Source: Negaprion brevirostris (taxonomy: Eukaryota). From it: 64,000 nt of DNA. Below are positions 40,500-53,900 of the stretch, piece by piece. How positions within the stretch are numbered: position 1 is the first letter of the stretch; each line of letters starts with the position of its first letter. Under the pieces are notes generated by a model, which was given only the letters and a program-made list of their open reading frames with translations, did no database searches and was not told the origin of the DNA. Location: assembly GCA_030324005.1 (NCBI GenBank), contig JARDVH010000097.1, forward strand, positions 40,870,448-40,934,447, written 5' to 3'. Both the position numbers and the translations under genes were made by a program.

Positions 40500-40945
40500 G
40501 ATAGAGTCAGAAGTTAACAGCATGGAAACAGGCCCTTCAGCCCAACTTGTCCACGCTGTGCCATTTTTTAGCTCCTAGGCTAGTCCCAGTTGCTCACATT
40601 TGGCTCATATCTCTCTATACCCATGTTAACCATGTAGCTGTCTGAACGCTCTTTAAAAAGACAAAATTGGACCTGCCTCTACTGCTACCTTGTTCCAGAC
40701 ACTCACACCCTCTGTGTGAAAAAAATTGATGTGGAGATGCCGGCGTTGGACTGGGGTAAACACAGTAAGAGTTATGAGTTCACTATCAAATAAATCAGTT
40801 GGACTTAAACCTGGTGTTGTCAGACTTCTTACTGTGAAAAAAATTGCCCCTCTGGACCGTTTTGTATCTCTCCCCTTTCAGCTTAAACCTATGCCCTCTA
40901 GTTTTAGACTCCCCTACCTTTGGGAAAAGATATTGACTACCTAGC
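40500..40945 (-). mobile_element. CR1-type 3' fragment interrupted by a Penelope-like insertion at 40729-40832
   Basis: Tail acagcatggaaacaggcccttcagccc and cctatgccctctagttttagactcccc. The insertion is flanked by duplicated TGTGAAAAAAATTG. Confidence 0.7.
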
Positions 40946-42108
40946 TGATCCATGCAGATCTAATCAGGTCATACAAATGTTGAAATTCTACTGTCCCACC
41001 TGCCATGGAATCGATATATCCATTGACCTAAGGCAGAAATTTCCAGTTTTGCTTGAGTAAGGGCACAGAATCCCACCCAGAGAATCCCAACTGAAAATGC
41101 AATACCCCAAAAGCAAAATACTGCAAAGGCCTGAAATCTGAAAAATAAACAGGAAATATTGGAAATACTCAGCAGGTTTGGTTGCATCTCTGGAAAAAGA
41201 AACAAGAGTCAATTATTCAGTTTGTAACTGTACATCTAAGTTGCTTTTGGATGGAAGTTTTGAATGAAATGTTTTAATTTCTTCATTGTTCGTCTGGATT
41301 AACATATTACAGTTATACCAATGTTGCTACTTACTAAATGAATATTCTTTTTGAATACAGAAAATATACTTAAAATTGTAGGACTGAGATGTGATGCCTA
41401 ACTGCACATAATTACTGAACTCGATTTGCCCATGGGGGACAGAAACCGGACAGAGAGCTTTTAAGATGTCCCTGGGCAGTTGTTGAAATGTATGACTGGA
41501 AAGGGTCTGGTAACAGAAGATGTGCATCCTGAAAGAAACATTTACTGGTAGTTTCAATGCTGCTTTTCCCACCCACCATTAGCTTTTGCCGATCTACAGG
41601 AAAATTTTGCCTGGAGGCCTTTCCTAAATGTGATATGCTTATGAAAAAGTTCTGCCTTGAAATTTGATAGTTTTTTAAATCCTCATTTCTCTGTATGAAT
41701 TGGAAAACAGAGAATATACTATACGTAACTAAATCAAAAATCTGTTCTTTATCAAGTTGAAAGGATAACACTCTAAGTGAACAAAACTTAAAATACAAGA
41801 TATGAACATGGTAAACTTAAATACCACAGCTAGCATCTTGATTTTTTATATTGTTAACTGATACTGATTAACATTTAAGTCCCATTGAACTTTCAGTTTC
41901 TAAATACAGCTTACTATAAATTCAAAGTTTTTTTGTACTAGGAATTTTGAATGATTCAATATGGATGCCAGGTAATTCAAAGTGGCATGAAGAGAACTGA
42001 TGCTGAGCCATAGAAAGAAATTAGAAGTTAGCAAATGGTTAAAACATAAGACCTGAATTTTCACGACCATCAGGAAGTGTCAAAGCACTTTACACCCTTT
42101 TAAGTCCT

Positions 42109-42990
42109 TGGGTGGAATTTTATGAGATTGATTCTAATTATCCAGCTAGCATGAAAATAGGAGAGTTCCTAATCTGTTTTTTTTTTGGGCAAGTTTTCAT
42201 GCCCAATCTTATGCACTTAGTCATTGAAAAAGTGGTGCAGACTGTTTCTAACTGCCGCAGGCAGTGGGCTGGACTTAATTCACTAGCCAGCCTACAGCAG
42301 ACCTCTGATTCTGCACATGCTCAATGGCAGGGATCACAGACAAAGCACTGTCAGACCTCTGCTACTGCAGGCAGCCTCAACCAGCTCCCCCTCCCCCCAC
42401 CACAATTGCGGAGGCCTGCAGCTGATCACAAGTCCCTCGATTTGTGGGCATCTAGCCCCTCACCACCGCCCAGACCGATCCAATCCGATCCAGTGGCAGT
42501 GGGCCCCACCCCCTCCCAATTAGGCCACCTTTTTAATACACAGCTGCTGCAGGCCCTGCCTGTTCAGGTGTCGCCCCAATAATGCCCAGCCCCCTTCAGG
42601 CCCCACCCCGATAATCTCCTCCATAGGCCTTGCTTCCTGACATTGGCAATGCCCATTGGGCAATGTACCTGTTAGGCATTGCCCAGTTGCCTGGTTGTCA
42701 TTGCCAAGGTGCCAGACTGACACTGCAGAAGGGGCACCTCCCCTGTGCCCTGGGCCTTCCCGGGAGACCTCAACGGCCTCCAGTTCCACCGGTGAGGCCA
42801 ACACGACTGTTCCCTGTTCATGGGAAGCAGGTGTTTTCATTGTTGAAGTGAACCTCTCACTCCGAGCTAGGAAGGCAATTGAGCACTGAATTCACTAAAC
42901 ACATTCAAATAAGCATTTCACTGTATTTGGGTAAATTATTTCTGGCGAGAGGCTGACCTCGCTGGAAATCCGACTCTCATAAACCACTAG
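42109..42990. mobile_element. GC-rich non-autonomous DNA transposon (Harbinger-like MITE)
   Basis: gggtggaattttatgaga ... tctcataaaccact ends. Internal tgccc/gggca motifs are shared with 50500-50610. Confidence 0.55.
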
Positions 42991-43029
42991 AAGTTAGTGG
43001 ACAAGTACAAACAACAATTAAACTGACCA

Positions 43030-43600
43030 ACAAAATATTGAGACTTTATCTCAAGTCGGAACACAATGATGTGAAGGTTATGTTCAAGTCATATAATACT
43101 ATTTAGACTCCATCTGGAATACTATGTTCAGTACTGGACACTGCACCTCAAAAGTCTTGAAAGGGGTGCCAATACCAAAAAGATAGAGACCAAAAGGGTT
43201 GAATTTTGAAGACTGAAAGCACAGGTAAGGCTCCTGAGTATAGATGATTAATGAGTGGCCAATTTACATTGTTTAAGATGATTCAATGAATTGGTAAGTT
43301 AGATTTAGAAAAAAGCTATCTGCTGTGGTAAGAAATTTCAGAACAAGGAGGTCTAGAATTAGAGCTGGACCATTCAGGGGGTGATGCCAGCAGGCACTTC
43401 TTCACACTAAGGGCAGTGGACATTGTGGAACTGTATCTCACTAAAATGATGCTCAAAATTGAGATTTGATAGATCCTTGTTTGGCAAGAGTAGTAAGGGT
43501 TAATTAACTGAGATGGGCAGATAAAGTTGAGATACCCTTGACTTAATTGAACGCTGGAAAAGGTTTGAGGCTGAATAGCCTACTCTTGTTTTTATGTTAT
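43030..43600 (+). mobile_element. Old CR1 3' fragment
   Basis: L.R.HLEY.VQ.W...L-like coding and a CR1 3' UTR. Confidence 0.7.
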
Positions 43601-43613
43601 TAGAACACTGGAC

Positions 43614-43740
43614 AGTGCTGCTCCTTCATCAGTGAGCGATCCAAAAGCTTGTGATTCCAAATAAACCTGTTGGACTTTAACCTAGTGTTGTGAGACTGCT
43701 CACTGTGCTCACTCTAGTCTACTGGCAGCATATCCATATC
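43614..43740. mobile_element. Head-to-head Penelope-like fragment
   Basis: Reverse arm gctgctccttcatcag (reverse complement ctgatgaaggagcagc), then forward arm ...aaagcttgtgattccaaataaacctgttggactttaacc. Confidence 0.6.
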
Positions 43741-44533
43741 CTGATCTTCTTAGTTCAACAGAAAAAGAGCTTTTTTGTGATGGAAGTGAGTAGTTTATTG
43801 ACTGTGCTAACGATGGGTTTCGTATTGACTTCTACTTATTTAGAGCTGCTTTACCTTTTGGTATAACCATGGAATGTTAGAGACAGGATGGCTGTCTCAC
43901 AGTAAAGGTAAGAGAGAGGTGTGAAACATAGTTAATTGTATTGAGGATTTGGATTCAAAAGCTCTGTCAATCTCATGACTTAAAATGTGTCATAGTTCTC
44001 AGTCAACATCACCAGTTATGGTGAGCGTGTCTAAGCATAAACATGAGATCTAAAAATGCTTGCTTTTAATAATTCTAGAAGATTGAGAAAATGGTCAGAT
44101 GATTGGATACAAATTGACTTTTTCTAGTCAAAATACAATTTGTTGCTGCTTATATTGAGTTAGAATCAGGCCGAACTGTGCTTGGGAATTGTGCTGATAG
44201 TTCATTTACATTGAGCACAACATCCTCAACTGATTTCTCCAATTTACAATGTCTGAAATTGAATGAGAAATGGCTACAGAATATTGCCACAGCAGATGTG
44301 CATTATGTATTTGAGAAAACTAAATAAAGTAGAATCTGTCTGACTTATTAGCAGAGTCCCATGAAAATGCAGTTCATCTACAACTAGGATGAATTCAATC
44401 TACTTTTTCTTGATGATCAAATCATCATGATGCACTGTGCACGCTCCAGCAAATTAGGTGATGACGGCCGAAAAAGATTGAATACATCCTTTCTTTTCCT
44501 GTTCTTTTTAATGGTTGAATGTGTTTTTTTTAC

Positions 44534-44669
44534 CTGAATTCTTCTCCAGCAGATGCCTTTTCTTTTGCAGCCGGTCCCGTTTTTCTTTCTCAAGTTTCTC
44601 TTTGGCCAATTTGGCAAGTCTCAGTTTCTCTGCTGCCTCTCTCCGCTTTGTGTTTTCTTTGATGGCTTG
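44534..44669 (-). CDS. DIAPH3: DIAPH3 internal exon (coiled-coil after FH2), 136 bp
   Basis: Acceptor ttgttttgctaaag. Translates QAIKENTKRREAAEKLRLAKLAKEKLEKEKRDRLQKKRHLLEKNS plus 1 nt. Donor CAG|gtaaaa. Phases fit both neighbouring exons. Confidence 0.93.
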
Positions 44670-45090
44670 CTTTAGCAAAACAAATTAAGATTAAAAGATG
44701 ATTGTGTTGAATGGGGGAAGCATGTTTGCAGGGATGAATGGCCCACCTCCCTTCCTGCTTTTCTGGAGAGATGTCAAAGTTTAAACTGTGAACAAAAACG
44801 GGGATAGCATTCTTTGTGATTTCATTTGTGAGGAAATAAACACCTCTGTCATAAATATTGGTTTCAGTTACTCATCATGTTGAAGGGAGAACAGTTTTGA
44901 ATCTGATTAAAACATGAAGGCAGGCTTGTATTTTATATTAGAAGCATAAGTGCTAACGAAACTGAAGCTCCATGATGCTCTGAAATATACTCTTACGGCT
45001 TTTCTTTTCCAAGCACTCAAAGCAAAGTAACCGTGAAGCTTAATCTGATAAAACTCTTTAGTGAACATGACTGAAGTGTTACATTAGTAT

Positions 45091-45122
45091 CACACACACG
45101 TGCACACACACACACACACACA
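45091..45122 (+). repeat. Imperfect (CA)n microsatellite
   Basis: Directly visible, inside the 604-bp intron. Confidence 0.9.
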
Positions 45123-45273
45123 TATATTCATATGGTCTTAAACATTCCTCTATTAATAAATGTAACTGAACAAATCATTACAATAATGCTATCACAAAGT
45201 AACTTCTCATAAGGTAAATTTGAAGTGCTTGTTTCTTAGTCCTCACTGGGTTTCATATACCACATGAACATAC

Positions 45274-45438
45274 CATGAACATAGTTCTGAAGTTACTGAT
45301 ATCACTAAAAAGCTCCTCCACTGTCACTTTCTGTGGATTGATAACAAAATAGTGCATCAAATCATGGTAAAGCTTCTCCATATTTTTGTGCATGTTGGCC
45401 AGTTTATGGTACTCTTCCCGGGCAAGTCTGGCAAATCT
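45274..45438 (-). CDS. DIAPH3: DIAPH3 internal exon (FH2 end), 165 bp
   Basis: Translates RFARLAREEYHKLANMHKNMEKLYHDLMHYFVINPQKVTVEELFSDISNFRTMFM (55 codons). Donor ATG|gtatgt. Confidence 0.95.
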
Positions 45439-46856
45439 GTGATGTATTGTTAAGGAAATGTCGAGTTGCTATACGAAAGAGAAAAAACATGAGAAATAAA
45501 CAAAATTATACGCTTGTAATTTTCATCATTTCCATTCACCCCCCCCAAATTTTTTCTTTTATATAATCTTGTTGAAATGCGAAAAATATCAAACACTGAT
45601 TTAATAATATTGACACTGCAAGATTAGGCTCAGAGTGTTTCCATGTCTTGCGTATTGAGCATTTTTTAATACAATAAGATAGCCTCTTTTTAAATGAATG
45701 TCTATTGCTTTTCTTTCTAAGGATTGTTGTTTCAAAGAGACTATGATGGTCAACCTGTTCAAGGCTTTGGTGAATGGCGATTAGAACCAGTCAATTGATT
45801 AAGTTTTTCATGATTGCAACCTCACCACTTTACCTCGAAAATGGAAAAACACTTGGATTTTTCTTAATTTATTGTCAAACCTACCAGAGTTGAAATAGCA
45901 TACAGAACATTACAAATGCAGTCTATAGTGTTACAGATTTGAGTTGCAATGGGATTTAGCAGGTTGGTAGGTTTGACAGTGTTTTCTGGGACTTGATTCA
46001 ACACAGTACTGGGAGGCGGGAGCAGGGGGATATCATAAGCATCACCAGAACAAATCATTTTGCAGTCTTTTCCTGTATATTGCACACTTTATTTTTTAAA
46101 AATNNNNNNNNNNNNNNNNNNNNNNNNNNNNNNNNNNNNNCACATACTAGCCATTAATAACAAACAAAGTATTAATGTTTCAAGTTAGGAAACAGTATTT
46201 TTCAAGATATTTCTATGTTACACAGAGGAACAAAAACATTGGAAAACACTAGGAAAAATAGTACTCTTCTTATCTGGTAGACTGGCTCTGACTTTTAGAA
46301 TTCATTGTAAAGAAACAGGGCTGGAATTTTACCAGCACACCTGCCCCAAAATTGGGGAGGGCAAAGTTCGCAGACCGGCTTTCTTCATTGGCCTCAGGCG
46401 GAATCTTATTAGCCTCGGGCTGGTGAGGTGGTGAAATTCCAGCATAAATTTTTCAGCTTTTGCAGAAGGAATAGGTGTAGCTTATAGTACTAATGGTTAT
46501 TAAGAAAATAAATTGGACAGCAACTTCTAGCGGCTACATAGTTAAAGGTGAAAATCAGAAAATTGATGTCCGATTTGTGCTGCGCCTCCATGACCTTCGA
46601 CACACTAGTATCTTGCCAGGATACTTGCCATCCAAGCACATGAAGGAAATGAATTTGTGGCACTTACGCACTACCTACACGAGCGAGTTAATTATTAACA
46701 ATGTGATTATTCTTATTTAAATTAAAAATAAACAGAAGCTCTAAGGCAATATCTAGATTATTACCTGACCCACATGTAAATTGGCATAGAGCAAATAAAG
46801 TTAGAGAGATGAATACGTGGAAAAAAGACTGGTATGGGAGAAATGGGTTCTCCCAT

Positions 46857-47132
46857 GCGGCATGGCAGCACAGTGGTTAGCACTGCTGCTTCACAGTGCC
46901 AGCGACCTGGGTTCAATTCCCGGCTTGGGGTCACTTTCTGTGTGGAGTTTGCATGTTCTCCCTGTGTCTGTGTGTGTTTTCTCCGGGTACTCCGGTTTCC
47001 TCCCACATTCTGAAAGACATGCTGGTTAGGTGGATTGACCCGAACAGACACCAGACTGTGGCAACTAGGGGAATTTCACAGTAACTTCTAATGTAAGCCT
47101 TACCTGTGACTAATTAATAAACTTTAACTTTA
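46857..47132 (+). mobile_element. tRNA-derived V-domain-type SINE with an L2-like tail
   Basis: A box tggcagcacagtggttagc, B box gggttcaattcc, core ctgtgtggagtttgcatgttctccc, tail aataaactttaacttt. Confidence 0.85.
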
Positions 47133-47519
47133 CTTACTGCCAAACAACATCTCTTGCACTAAACATTTACTGTTACAATCAAAATCAAAACTTTCAGGTT
47201 TTAAATACTGTTGGAGGTTTTGAAAATGTTTTCTTTCATAGATAGGAAGCCCAGCAGGTGGTTTTTAAGCCTATTGAGTTGGGGCCAGCTTTAGTAACTC
47301 CAATCCTGTTAGGCCCATTCTCTTGCTCTTCTCTCATGTTCCTGCAATTTCTTTCTTCTTGCATATATACAATTCCTTTCTCAAGAAAACTGATGAATCC
47401 ATTCCATCACCTCATTAAACAATACTTTCTACATGCCGGCTACTCATAGTGTAAGAAAGTTTTTCCTCACATCACCTCAAATTTATTCATCGATCACGTT
47501 AAATCTGTACCCTCTAGTT

Positions 47520-47775
47520 ACTGAATCCCTACAATGCAGAAAGACATTCGGTCCATCTAGTCTGTACCAGCTCTCCGAAAGAGCATCTTATTCAGGTCCA
47601 CACTCCCAACCTATCCCTGTAAAACCATGCACTTAGCATGGCAAATCCATCTAACCTATATGTCTTTTGCACTGTGGGAGGAAACCGGAGCACCCGGACG
47701 AAACCCACACAGACACAGGGAGAACAAGCAAACTCCATACAGACAATCACCCAAGGCTGGAATCAAAGCCAGGTT
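47520..47775 (-). mobile_element. HE1-like SINE, 5'-truncated
   Basis: tgtgggaggaaaccggagcacccggacgaaacccacacagacacagggagaac is the reverse of the SINE core. Confidence 0.8.
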
Positions 47776-49919
47776 CCTAATCACTGGGCCATCCATTATC
47801 AACCCTTCAGCTACTGGGAACAGTGGGCCATTGTGTTCTCGGAGTGGCAGTCAGCATCGTCAGATTGCCACTTTGTACCGACAAATCTGTGCTAAAATTC
47901 TTAAGCATCTGTCTCATCTGACCTTTCTGACTCAAGCAGGTGAGATTCAGACAGCACAGTGGGTCCCTGGGTCCAGCATCAAAATGTAAAAGAAGTAGAG
48001 TGAAGGATGACATGCTCCCTTGTTTACAGTACTAGCTGCACCATGCAGGTGCATTTAGAGGTCCCATTAAAAGTAACAGGACAGGGAGAGTGATCAGGTT
48101 ACCATGTTAGATTTTGGGTGGTGGTTGGTAGAGGGAGGTGTCAGACATTTGGGGATGAGTGGGGTCAAACATTTGAGGGATAGATGGTTGGGTTGGGGAG
48201 TTGGAGTTAGGTCAGGTTGGGGTCGGGGGTCAGGCTACGGGGAGGGTTCAAGTGTGGTTGCAGGAAGGTGGCTGCATTGGTGGTGGNNNNNNNNNNNNNN
48301 NNNNNNNNNNNNNNNNNNNNNNNNNNNNNNNNNNNNNNNNNNNNNNNNNNNNNNNNNNNNNNNNNNNNNNNNNNNNNNNNNNNNNNNNNNNNNNNNNNNN
48401 NNNNNNNNNNNNNNNNNNNNNNNNNNNNNNNNNNNNNNNNNNNNNNNNNNNNNNNNNNNNNNNNNNNNNNNNNNNNNNNNNNNNNNNNNNNCAGCATACA
48501 CAATTGTCCAGGGAAAGTTAGCCCTTCTAGATAATAGCCATGTAAACACTTACCAGAGAACTTCCGAGAAGGATTTTCCAATGCATCATTGAGGTATCCC
48601 CCAAATCTGATGCTAGGGAGCCAGGACATTATTGGGCATTTGCTCTTCATTCACTTTATGGGCGGATTCTCTGATCACATCTGTGGCTGCCCTGCTGCAA
48701 GTGTTCACTGTGGATTTGGTGTTCCAGCCAAAACTCCATTTACTTTCAGTGGCACCAGAGAATCCCAGCCGTGAATGAGGACAGAGATTTTCGAGATTTA
48801 TTTTTTGTTTGTATGCGCTTTAATCAAATCTCCTCTTCTTAGGAGATAGTTCTAGATAGAACGAACCCAGTATCTCCAATGTTTCCCATTAACTTTCATT
48901 CTTGGAACCATTTTAATAAATCTTATCAGCATTTATTCCAAAGCCTTTAGACTGTCTCTAAAGTGTGGTGTTCAGGATTGGATATGTTACTCCACTTGCA
49001 ACAGAACCAGTGTTTTGTATACATTTAAAATGATTTCCTTGTACTCCATGTCTCTACTGATAAAACCCAGAAACATTAATTTGTCCTGCCACATTTCAAA
49101 CTTTGTATACAAATACTACCATGTTTCTCCCATCTTGCATCCTCTTGAAGTTTATATCATTTAGCACGAATTGTCTCGCCTTCTTTNNNNNNNNNNNNNN
49201 NNNNNNNNNNNNNNNNNNNNNNNNNNNNNNNNNNNNTCCACGTTTTCATGCATTTCACAGGCTGCCCTTGAACTCTTGAACTTTACTATCTTTCTTCACT
49301 GTTTGCTACACTTGCACATTTTGTGTTATCTGCAAATTTCGAAGTCCAAGTCATTAACGTATATCAAAAACAGTAACTGTCCTAATACTGAACAATGGGG
49401 AGCTCCAATATACACCTTCCTTCAGTCTGCAAAATAGCCATAACTCAGTTTTTTTATCCCTAAGTCAAATCTGGCTCTGTGTTGACACTGTCCTTTTATT
49501 CCATTGGCTTCAACTTTTCTAACAAGCCCAATATGTGGAAAGGGAGAGTTAATTCTAGCCTTCTGGAATAGTTGTTCAGTTTCAAAATCGCAATTTAATT
49601 ATTTCTATCTCATCAGACAAAACTACATGTCACACACTACAGAAGTGGCAGGGGTAGGCACACTGATCACAGACAACCCTTCTGCCAGAAACAATAAGGA
49701 ATCTGTTCCCTTTCTACTGTTTAATTTGTGATTTGCTGTGTGCTAAAGTGTAATACCTTTCAAATACAACTCTGGGGGTGGGTGGGGGGGAAAGGAGGAG
49801 GAGAAGAACACAGAGATTGGAAAAAATGTCAAAGAGTGGAATTCCATAATCAAAAAGACGGAATTCTGCCATAGGTGGAAATTTCTCATCCCTGCTAGAA
49901 CTAGTGGACACAAACATAA

Positions 49920-50950
49920 AGGCTAGAATTCTCCTCAAAAAATTCTAAGTGTTGAATTTGCGTGAAAACTCAGGTAATTCACGCTGTTTTTTTTCAGAGA
50001 AGAACCTCCCACACTCTGTACACTGCAGAGGCCGCCAGTGTGAATCTCATTAAAAACTAGTAGGTGGGCCTATCCCCACTGGAGGGGCTGAAATCAGCAC
50101 ACTGAGTGGGCTACTATGCATGCATCAATCTGTCAGTGCTGGGATCAGCATATGTGCAGTGGCTCCACACTGTCATCTCCTGATTGCTGGCCAGCTCAAT
50201 CACTGGCCAGCCCCGCAACCTCAGATAGCTGGCCCTCCACCTTCCCATGGCCCGATTGCAGGACCCCCAGCCATTTCGTGGCCAGCCCCAAATCATCCTC
50301 TCCCGACGTAACTGATCTCTTCAATTCCACAGGGCTGAACCCNNNNNNNNNNNNNNNNNNNNNNNNNNNNNNNNNNNNNNNNNNNNNNNNNNNNNNNNNN
50401 NNNNNNNNNNNNNNNNNNNNNNNNNNNNNNNNNNNNTCCCACTCCCACCAATCACCCCCTAGAACCCACTCCCATATGCCCCACCCTCTGGCATGGCCCC
50501 ATACCAGATGGGCAATGCCAAGGTGCCTCAGGGCATTGACACTTTGCCCCTTGGGCAGTGCTGGTGGATGGGCTGGCACTGCTAAGGTGCCAATGCCCAG
50601 GGGCACCCCCACTACCTGGCCCTCTTGGGGCCACCGTTTGTGCTCCCTTCACTCCAGCAGGGTTGGGCCGCTAATTCCTTATTAGAGGGGAGCTACTCTA
50701 AACAACGCTGGAGTGGCGGGGGGGGAGGTGGTGACATGGGTAGATGCCTGCGGGCCCAGAGACCTGCTAATCACTTTTAAATTCTATGCAAATTACCATT
50801 TAAATAGTCTTTGTGCACCCCCATATCTCTGATGCAGCTGGAAATCTGGCACTGGGAGAACACACGCACAAACATGGCAAATTGGCTGACATGAGAATCT
50901 CCCAGCTCACCGCACTAAAAAATTAACACAAAAGGATGGGCAAATCGCAG
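49920..50950. mobile_element. MITE related to 15257-15690
   Basis: Shares attctcc...aaaattctaa.tgttgaatttgc.t.aaaact and ctcctgattgctggccagctcaatc with the 15257 copy. Confidence 0.7.
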
Positions 50951-53900
50951 CTGAGGTTTTGGACAAGAGATGCAATGTAGGGGCAATGTGAGGGAGAACC
51001 CTTTTTACATAGCGAGCAGTAACTTGATGTCCATGAGAGAGGTGGAACTAGAGATGATCAATGATTTCAAAAGTAAATTGCATGAGTACTTAAAGGAATA
51101 GGCAGGTAAAGTGGAATTATGGAATTGCTGGATTACTGTACGGAGAGCGAGCATAGACTCAATACGCTAAAGACCACCTCCTGTCCTGTAAATGAACTTA
51201 TGACTCTAAGCAGTATCGGGGCAGTTTGTAGATGCGCATGTTCTTTTGGCATGTTGTGGCATGATGTTAGTGTAGGTGCCAGTTAAAGTTATTTAGCCAC
51301 TACAAGAATGCCTTTCCCTTACAATACTAAGAAGATAGGAAGCAGTTGTTTATTCCAGAAGACAAACTGGCTGGGAATATTAGACAACATCATCAGGGCA
51401 CATTAAAAAAAAGTATCATTTTGCACCTGTTGACTTCAAGCAGCTGAAAGGACTTAAAGAGTGTGACACTGTTGGACACACCATCATTAACCTCGGGTGC
51501 TACAATNNNNNNNNNNNNNNNNNNNNNNNNNNNNNNNNNNNNNNNNNNNNNNNNNNNNNNNNNNNNNNNNNNNNNNNNNNNNNNNNNNNNNNNNNNNNNN
51601 NNNNNNTACAATGCTAATTTAATTTCAACTGCTTGTCAATTTAGGTCCCTGGCATAGTTTGACTTATTTCTCTTATGTACCAGTCTGTTATCATCAATGC
51701 TGTATAAACAAAAAGACATCTACTAAAATGGCTGGTGGAATTAAGAAAATTGACTTAATCGCCATTTTTATACCAATAAATTTTTTTAAAGATGTTTCCA
51801 TGATTGCAAAATTCTCTCGATAAAGGAGAAATCCAAAGTAATATCCCACAAGAAATGTGTCCTGTTACATTAAAGAGGAAAATTACTCCCAAAAAGAAAT
51901 GAGTGAGTAGACATGCTGCTGCAGGGCTCATGATGGAATGACAAGTTTTGCATGATTGTGACTGTGATTCACACAGAAGCCATCTGACGCTAACTTTTCA
52001 TAACTCTCTTTTCAAGCATTGGAATTTTTGCTCTTCAATTTTCTTTTCACACAGTATATTACTACTTCTTCCCCAGGGCTACAACCCCTATAAGGGCAAG
52101 GTGACCTACTTTCACCAACTCCAGGAATGTTGCTCTGAGCATGAGGCACCTGAGAGCTGATTCTTCCCCTGAGACACATTGCTGAGATGTGGTCTCAGTG
52201 ATATGGGCCTCAATCCACATTACAACACTGTCGAAAGTGTGGCATAATAGTGTTATAAAATATAGTGATTTAAAAAATAAATGTGGAGGGGTTTTTCTTT
52301 ATACTTTTGACCATTGCAGGACTTTGTCTTAAGAATTTTGTGGAAAATAAACTTCTGCCTTGACCTCACTTTAACCAAGTTTATGTTGTTGGGTTTATCT
52401 GCTTTAAAGGATCTGAGCAATAAGCTACTGAAGTGTAGTGCTGAGCTATTTGGTTAATTGCTTAATAAATTAAAGATCAGATGGACTGGTGCTTGGTTCT
52501 TTATACAATTATCTGACACAACATGCAAGCAAAAGCTTTCAGAAGTGGGTAATCTTATCCTAAATTATGTGATATTAATTTTTAAAAGTGAATATGAATC
52601 AAGATTTTTAAAAAAGTAATGGTTTATACATTAGGATGATTTATTAGAAAAGCTTAATGTTCAAGTATGAAAAGCAACTGAATCTAATTAAATACAAATA
52701 TTGTTTCATTACTTGTATATATATCTGGAGATTCAACCAATCTATATCAGGCCAAACTCTTAGTTTCTGACCTGTATATCACTTATCTATATTTGAAAGA
52801 GCGGGCAGGGTTTTCCACAGCCCCCCCACCCCCGCCCCACAATTCCTGTGGCTTGTTTTGTTTGTATTCTGACTAATTCCCTTCAATACTTAAATAGTCC
52901 AGTGAGGGGATTCATTGAATGCACATTTTCTGATAGGTTTCTGAAGTTAAACTAAGTCAATAACCATCAATTGAAATATTTTTTATTCAGCACAATTTTG
53001 TCTTTCTATTGTACAAACTACATAAAAGTATTTGTCTTTGAATTACATTTCCGTCTCACCTGCAGAATGTCAGTGTAATGCCGACTGGCTTTCAGGTTCT
53101 TCTGAGTTTTCAATGCACTACTGAATGATGTATGCAAAAAGGTGTTATTATACTCCTTTGGAAATGTATTGCGCTCATTTTTAATAAGCACGTTCATATT
53201 TTTGTACTCATCAAAGGGATGCAAGTACCAAAAATAGAACATTAACCTTTCCAGGTAGTCATGTCAGAGATAGCACAGGCAGGCGGAGAGTAATCTGCCA
53301 CAATATAGTACCAAATTCAGAAGAGAAAACCAGCAATTTTTCAATTTCCACACTAGCCATCCAAGATCTCTCAGGATTGCATTGCCAGTTAACGACAAAT
53401 TAGGGACTGTCTGTACTCATAGATCCATGCTCACTAGAAACTGTACAAATGTTCTATGATGGACTCTTGCAGCTACTAGATAACACTATTATCCCACGAA
53501 TCTATTCTGGATTGGAACTCAAGTATGGAGCAGCTTCTAATTCACAGTATTAATACAGAATCTTAATGAATAATTATGAATAATAATTAACCACAAATAA
53601 TTTTAATGCAATGATGCAATTTGTAGATTGTTACAGTTCCTAAAGAAATAGCTTAAAGTCTAATATTTCAGATTCCACCCAAATATATATGCATTTGGTT
53701 TCCTCTATTCAACTTTCTCCCTTCTTTTCTTGACCATGGCGAATCATATTTCAGTACTGACTCCCAAGTGCTGGCAGCACTGATGCCTTCCCAAATTTGT
53801 TGTTTGTGCACCTAAAGGGTGTTGCAAATTGTTAAAATACTGGAGGAAATTCAAGAATTGAATAAAATCAAGATTAAAAATGAAATTGGGATAATAAAGC

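Noticed and set aside
42112-42889. Cluster of overlapping Pro/Gly-rich ORFs resembling an FH1 region
   Set aside because: Lies in a GC-rich MITE-like repeat. FH1 precedes FH2 and would be upstream, beyond the window end.
46857-46935. tRNA-like A and B boxes
   Set aside because: Head of a SINE that continues into the SINE core and tail, so not a tRNA gene.
53060-53120. Possible cryptic exon inside the U12 intron (CAG|GTGAGA donor)
   Set aside because: Weak polypyrimidine tract, no formin similarity, and the flanking exons already join in frame.
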